From an uncultured Nitrososphaeraceae archaeon (lineage in GTDB: Archaea; Thermoproteota; Nitrososphaeria; Nitrososphaerales; Nitrososphaeraceae), in the NCBI GenBank assembly GCA_963837175.1, contig CAWIMJ010000012.1, positions 1 to 64,000 on the forward strand: a stretch of DNA of 64,000 nucleotides. Reading direction: 5' to 3'. Below are positions 43,814 through 54,544 of this stretch, piece by piece (the first letter of the stretch is position 1; every line of letters begins with the position of its first letter). The position numbers were made by a program, and so were the translations under genes. Under the pieces are notes generated by a model that was not told the DNA's origin, made no database searches, and was given only the letters and a program-made list of their open reading frames with translations.

Positions 43814-44976
43814 CTACAATCGATCAAACGTGTGCGTACCTAGAATCAATATCTGGTAACGAGAGACATTTGGAGCCGACGATAAATGTCATTAGTGACG
43901 CATTTGGACTAGCCTCTTTAAATTCGCTCTGACAGATGATATTCATGATCCGATAAAATAATAATAGCTGCAATAAACCTAGCAATAGCTTTTTGTCCGA
44001 TGACAGTTAACACTTTTACAACTATGTCCTTCGCGTTTTATAATGGCTAAACTCTAGCCTATAGCTTGATTTTCTTTCTTTGTATAAGCTCAACTATACT
44101 AACTAACAAAAGTTCTTTTACAGATTTTTCTTAATATGTAAGGTTTACTATGCTTAAAAAATCCTTTTACTTGATTTTAAAAGATATACGAAATTATGTT
44201 AGGCAGTATAGTCTACTATAGTGCCTCTTACTATAAGATGGATATTTTTAAACTTACCTATCGGTTCTTATATCTACTAGCTGACTGACTGGCTGACTAA
44301 CCTAAAAGGTCTTGTTAGTTGTGTTCACTATCGTAGTTGTTACTACTATATCAGACTCTCCGCTGCTATAATCTTCCCGACGGTAGTAGCGGTATCATCA
44401 TTGTCTGAATCAATAGAAGAGTTGGAATCAGATGTTGTGGCATCATAATCATTTGGTGGTGAAACCTGATTTTCTTTGGCATCTGTATTAGAATCAATTG
44501 TTATCGTAGTGCCACAATTTTTAACCTTGTCATCATCTCTCATCATCAGCTTCTTACCATCAGCATCAGCAGCATCACTTGATTCACTTCCTGAATCTTT
44601 TTCTGATCCAAAAGTGTTGGACTCCCTAGATCTCAATATATATTAGATTAGCGATCTGATATGTAGTCAACCCTTTTGAAAGCATTGAGTTTATGAGATT
44701 TCACCGATGCTCTATCATCCTTGATGTCTGGGCACGGGTCGCAGTAAGATACTTCTTTGGAATTGAATTCTTAATATTTTCAATATCACTTTCAGTTATA
44801 TGATTAGGTGCATGAATTACCATGTTTTAAGACTCCCTGCCTCTCCCCTCTTTCTATTTCTCTATAAAGTACATTGTAAGAAACTAGCGTATATCTCTTT
44901 AATTTCTTCAAGAAAGAAGACTAGCCATAGATATACAGGATTAAACAAAATAGTAGTGGTAGTGTGGTAGTAGTAT

Positions 44977-45438
44977 TCATGTTTGCACGTATTTGGTCTT
45001 GATTTTCTCACGCTTTACAATTGCTACGAAAAATAGACCAAGGGCTGCGAAACTCATAACTGCTAAAAGTAACTCCAAAATAGTAGATTCAATTTCAGGC
45101 ATGAAAATATCAAGTCTTGATACTATTGTACGGATAGCAAATAATCCAAATGCACCTGCAACAAAGAGCAGCTTCTTAGACCTAAGATTCCTATAAGCTA
45201 TTAATGATAAAGCAAAGAGAATTGCTGCGAATATTCCGGTTCCAAAATCAAATATATCAGCTACATCTCCCCTATCCAATAAATCATTCCCATCTTCATC
45301 ACCATTCTGCTCAGCAATAACTAATGGATTAGAAGAAAGGAGAAAGAAAGCGATTGAAAGAAGCAGGATTATTGTTGTTATAACTGATAACATAGAAGAA
45401 GAAGTAGAGATATAGTTACGATGATGACGAAATTTCAT
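44977..45438 (-). CDS. Membrane protein encoded directly downstream of the HTH regulator
   Basis: N-terminal hydrophobic segment plus three TM helices; starts 5 bp after the wHTH stop. Confidence 0.75.
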   Translation of the reverse strand: MKFRHHRNYISTSSSMLSVITTIILLLSIAFFLLSSNPLVIAEQNGDEDGNDLLDRGDVADIFDFGTGIFAAILFALSLIAYRNLRSKKLLFVAGAFGLFAIRTIVSRLDIFMPEIESTILELLLAVMSFAALGLFFVAIVKREKIKTKYVQT

Positions 45439-45443
45439 ATTGG

Positions 45444-46145
45444 CTACTGTTCTCCTATTTTTTTATGTTTGTCTTCATCGTTATCTTGATCTTCATATTC
45501 TTCTTTTTCAATTACTTGTTGTTTTTTTCTATTGATGGTTATATCCTCATTTGCAACACCTACACTGTAGGATCGCGATGCTGTTGATAGATCCAAGAAA
45601 AGGTCAGCTAACCTGGATGATAATTTGCTCCAGATTGTCGGGTAGTATAACTTTAGAAGACTAGTTATGTCTTTGATGTCTCCTTTTATGTAGTATTTTA
45701 CAAAATGTCTGTCCTTCTGGGCTCTAACCAAGCCAATTTCTATTAAATTCGACATGTGCCAATTGATCGTTGGTGAAGAGAAACCCATATGATCGGCTAT
45801 TTCACTTTGTGTGGCTCCAGGATGTTCTAATATATGTATCACTATTTCTCTTGGTGTCTCTTGTTGAAGTGTAGCTAGTATAGATTCTTCTCGTCCTTCC
45901 AAAATAGAAACTGTGTAGTAAACTTTGTAGATACCTATGCGTTTTGACTTTACTACCCCAGATTTTTCAAGATTTCTCAAATGATATTGAGTATCTCCCA
46001 TAGCTAAGGTAAGCTCCTTGTTGATCTTCCTAAGATGGGATCCAGGTTTATTCTTAATGTAATCATAGATGCGGCTCCTATTGTCTGGAATGTTAAGATG
46101 ATGATGATTATGTTTTTCATTATCGTTATCACTATCATTGTGCAA
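45444..46145 (-). CDS. Tandem winged-HTH (ArsR-like) transcriptional regulator
   Basis: Two HTHs: PGSHLRKI..QYHLRNLE and PGATQSEIA..WHMSNL. Confidence 0.85.
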   Translation of the reverse strand: MHNDSDNDNEKHNHHHLNIPDNRSRIYDYIKNKPGSHLRKINKELTLAMGDTQYHLRNLEKSGVVKSKRIGIYKVYYTVSILEGREESILATLQQETPREIVIHILEHPGATQSEIADHMGFSSPTINWHMSNLIEIGLVRAQKDRHFVKYYIKGDIKDITSLLKLYYPTIWSKLSSRLADLFLDLSTASRSYSVGVANEDITINRKKQQVIEKEEYEDQDNDEDKHKKIGEQ

Positions 46146-46360
46146 GCGAATCTCTCCATTATTCTCCTGCTATCTTTTTCCATTATTCTTCAATTGAGTA
46201 TAATGAGGAAAAACACACTTGTATAATATACATCTTCTTTTTCTTACTTGCGGTACGGTTCTCTAAATCCAAGCTATAAAGCATGCTGAGAAACTAAAGA
46301 AATACATACATTGTTTAGGCATATGTTCCTCAATTATTATATACAAAAAATCAGTCTTTA

Positions 46361-46702
46361 ATGCAAGAAGGAAATAAAATGAATCTAATATATGCGCTAA
46401 TAATGATCGGGACAGCGTCCTTTATGTTTAGTGGTGTGACTTTATTTTCTAATCTCTTTGCTGCGTCTTCAAATGCTTCAATAATATCTAAAATAAAAGC
46501 AATATCTCAAGAGGAAAACAATGATCTGAATCTTTTTGACCTGACAAGAAAACATACTCGCATACTTCCTCATCAGACCGTTGATGTAGCAATAATGAAC
46601 ATTTCGGCTCAACCTTTTGATGGTAAATCTTTAGGACTTGAAAATGAAAATGGCCACAATAGTGTATTCTATATACCAACAAAGCCAATAGTAACAGCCT
46701 GA
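46361..46702 (+). CDS. Hypothetical exported protein, possibly a fragment
   Basis: N-terminal hydrophobic helix; divergent from the regulator. Confidence 0.45.
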   Translation: MQEGNKMNLIYALIMIGTASFMFSGVTLFSNLFAASSNASIISKIKAISQEENNDLNLFDLTRKHTRILPHQTVDVAIMNISAQPFDGKSLGLENENGHNSVFYIPTKPIVTA

Positions 46703-47283
46703 TAAAGAATATGAGTAGGTCGGCAAATCCTTAATGGTGTGGAGATTATCTATTTTTCACCACATCATAGTTTCTTTATAACGAAGAATAAATCTATCCA
46801 ATACGAGAGATCAGAAATTTATCATTGTATTAAATGTAATAATTATCAGTAATCTTATAAATTACGTTTCTAATAAAAGAAGATGTAGAGGCATAATAAG
46901 TAACATCCTCAAATAAACAATATTACATCAAAATTAGCAGTTATCGTATTATCTGTTGGATTAATTACCGGAATATCTCTTGTTCCTGCAATTCAACCTG
47001 GCGCATACGGGCAACTAGTGCAAATAGGATATCTGTAGAAATATACTTCCATTTCAAAGGTTTGTTGGATAGTGTTTGTCATCCTAGAATATCCTATTTT
47101 CTTGCAGTGATCTGGCACATGCAATCTCTAGACAAATTGCAACAGCCATCATTTAACCAAATCAAATATAGGCAGCATAATCTTATAATATCTTCTCTTT
47201 TACTTTTTCACTTCTCTTGCTCCCTTGTTGGTGCTTCAATTCGTATCTTACACATGAACTACAGAACTTTATCTGTAAATAAA

Positions 47284-47532
47284 ATGAATGATAATAATGA
47301 ATCAACAAAAGAAGCAGTACCCACACCAACACCATTATTAAAAATAATTGAAGACATGCTGCATGACAGAATCGCCAAGAAGAAAGTAGAGACCCGCAAG
47401 CGCCATGAAATAGCAGAGACAGAAAAGATATGGACTGAGATTGAAACATTGCAATGGGTGCTATCAGAGAGTCTTAGTATCAGAAGAAGAAGACGATTAG
47501 AGGGTCTGGAAGAGCAGCACCGATACTACTAG
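47284..47532 (+). CDS. Small helical hypothetical protein
   Basis: Likely start ATG 47284; WTEIETL motif is shared with the relic near 27030. Confidence 0.6.
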   Translation: MNDNNESTKEAVPTPTPLLKIIEDMLHDRIAKKKVETRKRHEIAETEKIWTEIETLQWVLSESLSIRRRRRLEGLEEQHRYY

Positions 47533-47681
47533 GAGGATGTGGGAAAAAGCGAAAGATGGAAAAGAGAATATAATAGATAGACAGTCAGATTCAGGAGTCT
47601 ATTACATTATCATATATACTCAATACCCTGTTTACCCTGTTTAATACTCAATTTTATTTAACAAATGGCTGTTTATCGGTC

Positions 47682-48065
47682 TTAAGCTGTAATGTTGTCG
47701 CCGATAATCTTTTTTATATTTTCAATTAATTCGTTATGATGGGATTCTTCTTTCTCAATAGAAACTCGTAATATATGGTGGTTATCTAATGGAAATGAAG
47801 CAAGTTTTATCTTCTCTCTTTCTGAAAAACTATAAACTGTTTTACCAAACTCTTTATCAAATTCTTCACGCATTACACTTCTAAGAGCAAATTCTACATA
47901 TAGTTTTTGAGAATCATCTTTGTCTTCCATTGATTTTATACCTTGTCTCATTCCTCCTGCTACAAATTTTCCAATTTTGTCAATAACTACAGCAGAACGT
48001 ATAGTTGAACTGAGTGCAAATATGTCATTACATAGTTTTTCAAAGTTATGATAGCTGTCAGACAT
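47682..48065 (-). CDS. Roadblock/LC7-like thaumarchaeal protein
   Basis: IRSAVVIDKIGKFVAGGMRQGI..EFDKEFG..REKIKLASFPL. Confidence 0.8.
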   Translation of the reverse strand: MSDSYHNFEKLCNDIFALSSTIRSAVVIDKIGKFVAGGMRQGIKSMEDKDDSQKLYVEFALRSVMREEFDKEFGKTVYSFSEREKIKLASFPLDNHHILRVSIEKEESHHNELIENIKKIIGDNITA

Positions 48066-48702
48066 ATGTGTAATCTCTTTTTCTCTCTATCCAACCCTAT
48101 AGATATAAAGATGCTTATTTTTCTTATATTACAGCATTAGTGTATTTAAAATTACATTACAAGAGAATATATGCATTAGATTAATTATAAAAATAATATA
48201 TTTGTACGTGTAAATATTTATCCATTTTACAATTGCCAAAAGCATCATATGCAACGAACGCTGTTGTGATCATAAAAAATATTATGATGGCTAAATATGG
48301 ATCAGCAATAGTGTTGAAAAGCTTACAAATATCTAAAAGCCAGTAAAATTGATAGGCCTTTTGCTATTCATAATATATATTATTTTACCATGTTATCTAG
48401 TTAATTATTAAGTTTTAATAGAGATGGATAGAAATAACAAGTTTTCCGAAATTTAGTGATGTATTATGCTCTTACTTCTTTGTATATACAATCTTATCCT
48501 TCTAGTGATGCTTTCTTTTTTTACAACCTCAATAATAATGGTGAGATTAGTCTTGGTTAGTGCTACTGATGATGATAGCGGCCATTCTTCTAGGTACATA
48601 TCTGTATAGATGTGAGTCATCATCGTCGTCATGTTATTCTGGTGAGCGATTACGTGACGCTGCTATTGTTTCATGATCACAGTGTACTTCTTTTCTTTCT
48701 TT

Positions 48703-49134
48703 CTATCGTTGCCGAGCAAAATACTCGCGATTCTCAATCATCTGTCTAACTAGATGCCGATGGCAGAATTGACCTTCTTTTTCAATACATAACAAAGTGA
48801 TTGTTTTATTTTCTTTATTATTATTATCAATCGCTTTATTGCGTAACATTACAAGCAGTCTCAGAGCATTTTGATTCTTCATTATTTCATTGTTAAATCG
48901 TGTTATATATTCTCCTTTGGATATTCTCTTCTTATTCTTGTCTTTAGGATACCAGTCTCTGTGAAGTTCCTTGCTTGGCGCCAAGTCTCTAAGCCAATCA
49001 ACAATACGCAATTGATTCTTTGACTTTGGTCTAGCCCAATATCGCATTATTAGATATCTTTCCCCATCTTCTTTATCGTCAATCGGATCATTATACGACT
49101 TTGTTTTAACTGGCATTTCTTCTCTGCATTCCAT
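48703..49134 (-). CDS. DUF488/YeaO-like protein
   Basis: DGERYLIMRYW, WLRDLAPSKEL and TLLC.E...CHR motifs. Confidence 0.85.
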   Translation of the reverse strand: MECREEMPVKTKSYNDPIDDKEDGERYLIMRYWARPKSKNQLRIVDWLRDLAPSKELHRDWYPKDKNKKRISKGEYITRFNNEIMKNQNALRLLVMLRNKAIDNNNKENKTITLLCIEKEGQFCHRHLVRQMIENREYFARQR

Positions 49135-49671
49135 GATGATTTTTATCTCATCCTACTTCTTTTTCTTTCCTGCTTCTATTGCTATTTGTCGTCGCCGTTG
49201 CTATGACTACTGTTTTTGTTGTTGTCGTTCATGCTGATACCCTATTATCACTCCTCTAATTGTGGGGCTGTCGCAACATTAGATTATTTTGCTGCTGCAT
49301 CTCCTGCACTGCTACTATCGCCGCTGGTATTACTATCTCCACCACCGCCGCCACTCTCCATATATAGCATTAAAATTGTAAAAATCAGATATAAAAGTTG
49401 ATTTCTATAGGTCACATTGTCATCTAAAGCGTTAGGTAATACCTTATAAAATCTGAAAAATATGAAAATAAATGTATGTAAGTAGAGAGAGGATGAATTC
49501 GAACGGCACTAGTAAGTTTTAATTCAAATAGAATGGAGATTTACATATCAATCTCTTCAATAAAAGAAGATAAAGCAGTTCAAACTAAAGCAGAAAAAAA
49601 GTATTAACTTAGGCAAGGCACAAATATTTATGGACATCTCGATACAAAAAAACTCGCTAATTGAATAGTCA

Positions 49672-51137
49672 CTAAATCTCAATTGCCATATGCGCTACTC
49701 GTCTTCTTAGCATCAATGCAAACCCAAGCGAGACTGTTGACAGTAATGCTGACGTGATATAGACTAGATTATATGAGTTCAGAGAAGGATACGACCCTTG
49801 ATCTCCTTTGATCGTCTCGTGATTCTCCATATACACGCCTGCCAGTGCCGGACCTATTGCCATTCCTATAAACAACAAGAGAGCGCCCACTCCTACTGAT
49901 ATGCCGATGAATGATTTGGGCGATGATGACACGACGATGTTCCACGTTGCAGTAATTGTCATCGAGAGGCCGGATGCAATAATGGCTAGATTAGTAGATA
50001 CTGCGAATTCTGTAGAGTGAAACATTACCAGTCCGAGTGACCCAATCAGGCTGATTATGGTACCGATTGTGATAGGCATTAGCTTTCCTATTCGATTTAT
50101 GATAAGTGGAGTTATGCTTGCAAAGACTAGGAACATGATCATAAAAGGAAGCTGGACATTTGCGGCGTCTACTGCATCACCTCCGAATCCCAGCGGCACA
50201 GGGCTTCTTACCAGTTGCACTATAGCTGGGTATGCCATGAACATTGTAATTCCGGTGGCCATCAATATGATGTACGAAGGCAGGAGAGTCTTGTCTTTTA
50301 GCAATCTTAGGTCAACCAATGGCAATGTGATTCTTCTCTCTATGATGACAAAGACAGTCAATGAAATTACTGAAACTACAAATGCAACTCCAATCTGTGG
50401 CAGAGTCTCAGAGTTTATTCCTGTCTCTACGAGTGTCAGTGCCATAAGAAACGCAATTATTGTTGCAGAAAGCGCCAACGCTCCCTTCATATCTATGGAA
50501 GGCGCTGCCCGCTTTTTACCCATGTTTTCTTGAGTATTGACAGGAGCCATTAATTGCCCTTTGTTTTCTTTTACGAATTTGGCAATCATAAATGTCACTG
50601 CGCCGCAAATGGAACTATGGAGAAGAAAGTAGAATGCCATCCAAAGCTCTGAATGATGGTGGCTCCTGCCAAGAGGCCGACAACCGAACCTGCAGAGTAC
50701 ATAGATCCAAACACTCCTACGGCGATCGCAAGCTTGGCTGGTGGAAATGTGTCCCTTAGGAGGCTGAAGGCTGCCGGGACTGCGGCCAAGCCCACACCCT
50801 GGATTATCCTGCTTGCTAATAGGAATAATATGTTGTCTGCAAAACCTCCGGCGGCTATTCCAGCTGCATACATCGTCAGTAGCACCAGCAATACCTTCTT
50901 TTTACCGTAGAGGTCAGACATTTTGCCAGCGATAGGAGTCATCACGGCTGCAACAATCAGGTACGAACTGAATATCCACGCTGCCGTCCCATAAGATATA
51001 CTAAAGTCTTGCATGATCTCTGGGATGGCCGGAAGGAGCATGGTTTCTGAGAAAAAGACTACCAAGAGTGTGCTGCTAAGTATCCCAAGAGTAACCCACG
51101 CATCACGATTGACAGTAACGGAATCTAACGACGTCAT
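49672..51137 (-). CDS. MFS drug-efflux-type transporter split by one frameshift near 50600
   Basis: GKMSDLYGKK motif A, RIIQGVG and PLVDLRLL; two consecutive ORFs. Confidence 0.88.
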
Positions 51138-51150
51138 ATAGCGACAATAG

Positions 51151-51253
51151 GTGTATATGCACTCTTATAAGTGTATCTACACGTATTTGTACCTAAGTTT
51201 CACTCATATTGATATCGAAGTAAACCTTTTATTAGTAATATGTGTATATCAAC
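51151..51253. promoter_or_regulatory. Three palindromic operators GTGTAT(A/C)T(A/G/C)(C/A)AC in the MFS/MarR divergent promoter
   Basis: GTGTATATGCAC 51151-51162, GTGTATCTACAC 51171-51182, GTGTATATCAAC 51242-51253; the first two flank TTATAA. Confidence 0.75.
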
Positions 51254-51263
51254 CTAGTTAGGA

Positions 51264-51737
51264 TTGAAGGAACGAACTATTAATACAATACTGGAACAAG
51301 GAATGTCAGCAGATTCGTGTACATGCGGTGAATTACGGAAGGCAGCTAGAGCAATAACACTACTTTATGACAACGCATTCAAGTCAAGTGGCTTGCTGTC
51401 TACACAGCTTGGTGTACTAGATGTAATCTGCAACTCTAACTCAATAAGAATTTCAGATCTTGCTGCGAAGCAAGGAATGGATAGAACGACTCTTACAAGA
51501 AATCTATCTGTTTTAGAGAGACAGGGGTTTATCAAGATCTCATCGGGAAAAGACCATCGAACGAGAATTGTGACAGCTACTCAAAAAGGACGTAGCGCCG
51601 TAGCCAAAGCTATTCCTCTCTGGATTGAAGTTCAACGCAAGGTAAAACAACAAATGGGCGAGGACGTATGGCATAATCTAATACAAAATTTGTCTCAATT
51701 TGTAAAGGTAGCCGACCAATTAAACGAATCAATATGA
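51264..51737 (+). CDS. MarR family transcriptional regulator
   Basis: CTCGELRKAARAIT..YD, MDRTTLTRNL and DHRTR motifs. Confidence 0.92.
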   Translation: MKERTINTILEQGMSADSCTCGELRKAARAITLLYDNAFKSSGLLSTQLGVLDVICNSNSIRISDLAAKQGMDRTTLTRNLSVLERQGFIKISSGKDHRTRIVTATQKGRSAVAKAIPLWIEVQRKVKQQMGEDVWHNLIQNLSQFVKVADQLNESI

Positions 51738-51889
51738 CAAGGACGCAATGAGACTTCAAATCCCACTGGTATCATAACATGTGTTACTAGGTATTGGTAT
51801 CAAAATACATTATTTCTACAAATGACATTTGGTATTGAGTAATTTATTGAAAAGCTATCTGAACCCATTCAACTATAGGGTTCAAGCAG

Positions 51890-52018
51890 ATAAAGTACCT
51901 AGGTACACTTGAGAATCCTGTTGCGAAGATGATAATAGAAAATGCTAAAAATGGGGTTGAGGTTATGATTGAAATTACACCAAAATTCTTAGCATGGGAT
52001 TTTGGCAAGGCTATGTAG
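51890..52018 (+). pseudogene. C-terminal fragment of a pyridoxamine-oxidase-like protein
   Basis: IKYLGTLENPVAKMIIENAKNGVEVMIEITPKFLAWDFGKAM*; resembles the C-terminus of 19929..20378. Confidence 0.6.
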
Positions 52019-52379
52019 TTTAAGATTGATTAATTAAATTGATCGAGTATTATTGCTTCCGCGACCACAAGCAACAGAAAATTCAACACCCAAAAAATTA
52101 GCATCAATAGTAATTGAATCTCTCACGTTCTTTTGTTTCTGTTTCATAGGTTACTGATAATTTGTATTTTAAATATATCCCTTATACTAAAGATAAATCT
52201 TCTCCTCCTAGGTCATTTTCTATGGTGTTAATAGTTCAGCACCATCAGCAATCAGCAATAAAATATGAATATCACGTGATCCACTTTGAATCACATATGT
52301 CTACAATCAATGGTCTTGTCATTTAGACATTGCTAATGTTCTTAAAAATGGCTAACTTTTATAAGTTCGACTAACTTCA

Positions 52380-53653
52380 ATGGATGCGTCAGTATTGGGT
52401 CCCTCGTATCTATTGGGCAAGAAGGATTCTTTGCTCAAGCTTATTCTGTATACTGGACCTGCCCTTATTGTAAGTATGGCCTATATGGATCCTGGAAATT
52501 ATGGTACGGATATTCAGGCAGGGGCTTCTCTTAACTATAGCCTTCTTTGGGTTGTTTGGCTCTCAAGTGGTATGGCAATGCTACTTCAATATTTATCTGG
52601 AAAGATTGGAATTGCAACAGGATTATCATTACCAGAAATAATCAGAGAAAAACTCAAAACGAAGAGGAAAGCCTATGTGATATCTTACTGGTTGGCTGCT
52701 GAGGCGGCAGTAGCTGCCACAGACTTGGCTGAATATCTAGGTACTGTCATTGCTCTTAATTTGCTGTTTGGAATACCTATGATCTACGCTGGCAATATTT
52801 GGAGCTCTGGATGTAATTTTGATTTTGCTATTAGCTACACAACAGAGATTTCATATTATTGAAAGGCTATTTGCACTCTTTGTATCAATAATAGGGTTTG
52901 GCTATCTATATGAAATAGTCATTATAAACCCAGATCCATCAGCTATTTTATACCATTCATTTGTCCCCTCGCTTGCCAGCACTAATGCGATTCTTCTTGC
53001 TGTAGGAGTTATCGGAGCTACTGTGATGCCTCATGCTCTTTTTGTTCATTCTTGGCTTACAAAAAACAAGGCTCAAAACAAATCTCTGGAAGAAAGAAAG
53101 AAAATGCGAAAATTTCATCTTATAGAAAATGTTGTTTTGCTAACAATTGCAGGTGTGATTAATGCAGCTATAATGATTATGGCTGCTGCTGCCCTTTCAT
53201 TCACATAGTCCTGGTGTTGCTTCGATATCAGAAGCTTATAAAACTCTTGTACCATTATTTGGTGCAACAGCTGGAATAGTCTTTTTAATTACACTTCTTT
53301 CATCAGGCATTGCATCATCGGTTACAGGAACACTTGCTGGTCAGGCAATAATGGAAGGTCTGTTAGGAAAGAAAGTAAATGTTTGGTTGAGGCGATTTGT
53401 AACTCGATTTATCAATGTTATTCCGACTACAATTGCGATACTTTTAGGTCTTGATCCACTTAATATATTGGTATACAGCCAAGTCATTTTAAGCTTAATG
53501 ATCCCTTTGCCTATGATTCCACTAGTAATACTCTCGACAGACAAAACATTAATGAGCGAATTTGTAAATAGAAAGATAACTACAACTGTTGCAATCGTAT
53601 TCGCTGGAATCATACTTGTATTCAATTCTTATTTGTTAGTGAATATAAAGTAG
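52380..53653 (+). CDS. mntH: Nramp/MntH divalent metal transporter with two frameshifts (52791, about 53193)
   Basis: YMDPGN, GATVMPH and GTLAGQ motifs; removing one G and one C gives a full frame. Confidence 0.9.
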
Positions 53654-53773
53654 AATGTTGTTATCGACACAATCTCTAGCAAGGAGAGGTGAATCAAATT
53701 TAGCACGAGTAAGGATCTCAGTTTCTAGTTCTTGATGAATGTAGTATTAGATAATCATTATCTCGTACATACA

Positions 53774-53821
53774 GGTTCTGTAGATTTTAAGACAAATTTG
53801 ACTCATACTTACATTTACATC
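53774..53821 (+). repeat. Dispersed semi-palindromic element, copy 6
   Basis: GGTTCTGTAGATTTT-AAGACAAATTTGACTC-ATACTTACATTTACATC. Confidence 0.75.
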
Positions 53822-53831
53822 AAGCTCTGAA

Positions 53832-54017
53832 TTACTTGTAACGACAGTCTTCCTTTATATGATATCTCAATGATGTAGCTGCAAGACTTTTCGCTATTAC
53901 GCATGATTGCATAAGTATGAATCTATTTCTTGCCAACAATAATGATGTAGAATGGCATATTTTACTTGAACTTCCAGTAACAATGGCAATATTCTGTTGG
54001 TGGTCTTCCTGTTTCAA
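53832..54017 (-). pseudogene. N-terminal relic of an SDR oxidoreductase
   Basis: IAIVTGSSSKICHSTSLLLARN (decayed TGxxxGxG motif). Confidence 0.65.
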
Positions 54018-54544
54018 CCATTCCAGTCTTTCTATTTCCTAGCATAATAGATTTTATTAAAGATAATATTGTAGGAAGGAGATAGAATATGACTAAGGAA
54101 AAATTAAATCGATTTTAGAGGAAACGCGTTCATGCAAAACATTTTAATATAAATTAAAGAATTAAGTGAGAGCATTTCTTTGCGTGTATAAAGGTTCTGT
54201 TGTTGTTTGTTGTTATTTTTTAGATTTCTAAGAAAGATTTCTGAGCGTTTGATTGAATATGTTGCTGACCAAGTTATCAATTTGTCTATCCTCTGCTATA
54301 ATGTAGAAATTTTCTGGAAATAAAATCATAGACTAATACATCGATATTACTGAATCCAAACAGTTTGAGTAGTTGGTTAAAGATACACATGCCATTAGGT
54401 CTTACTATGGGCAATCAAGCACTTATCTTTTTTTCTCTTCAGGTTAAAAGGTCAATTACTCCTATCCTATTAATTGCATTAACCATCACCTTCTTTTAAT
54501 TATAATGTTCACTGATAATCTAGATGTGCGAATATTCAATGCCT

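Noticed and set aside
44346-44636. Asp/Ser-rich 96-aa ORF
   Set aside because: Low complexity, no credible start, embedded in apparently decayed sequence
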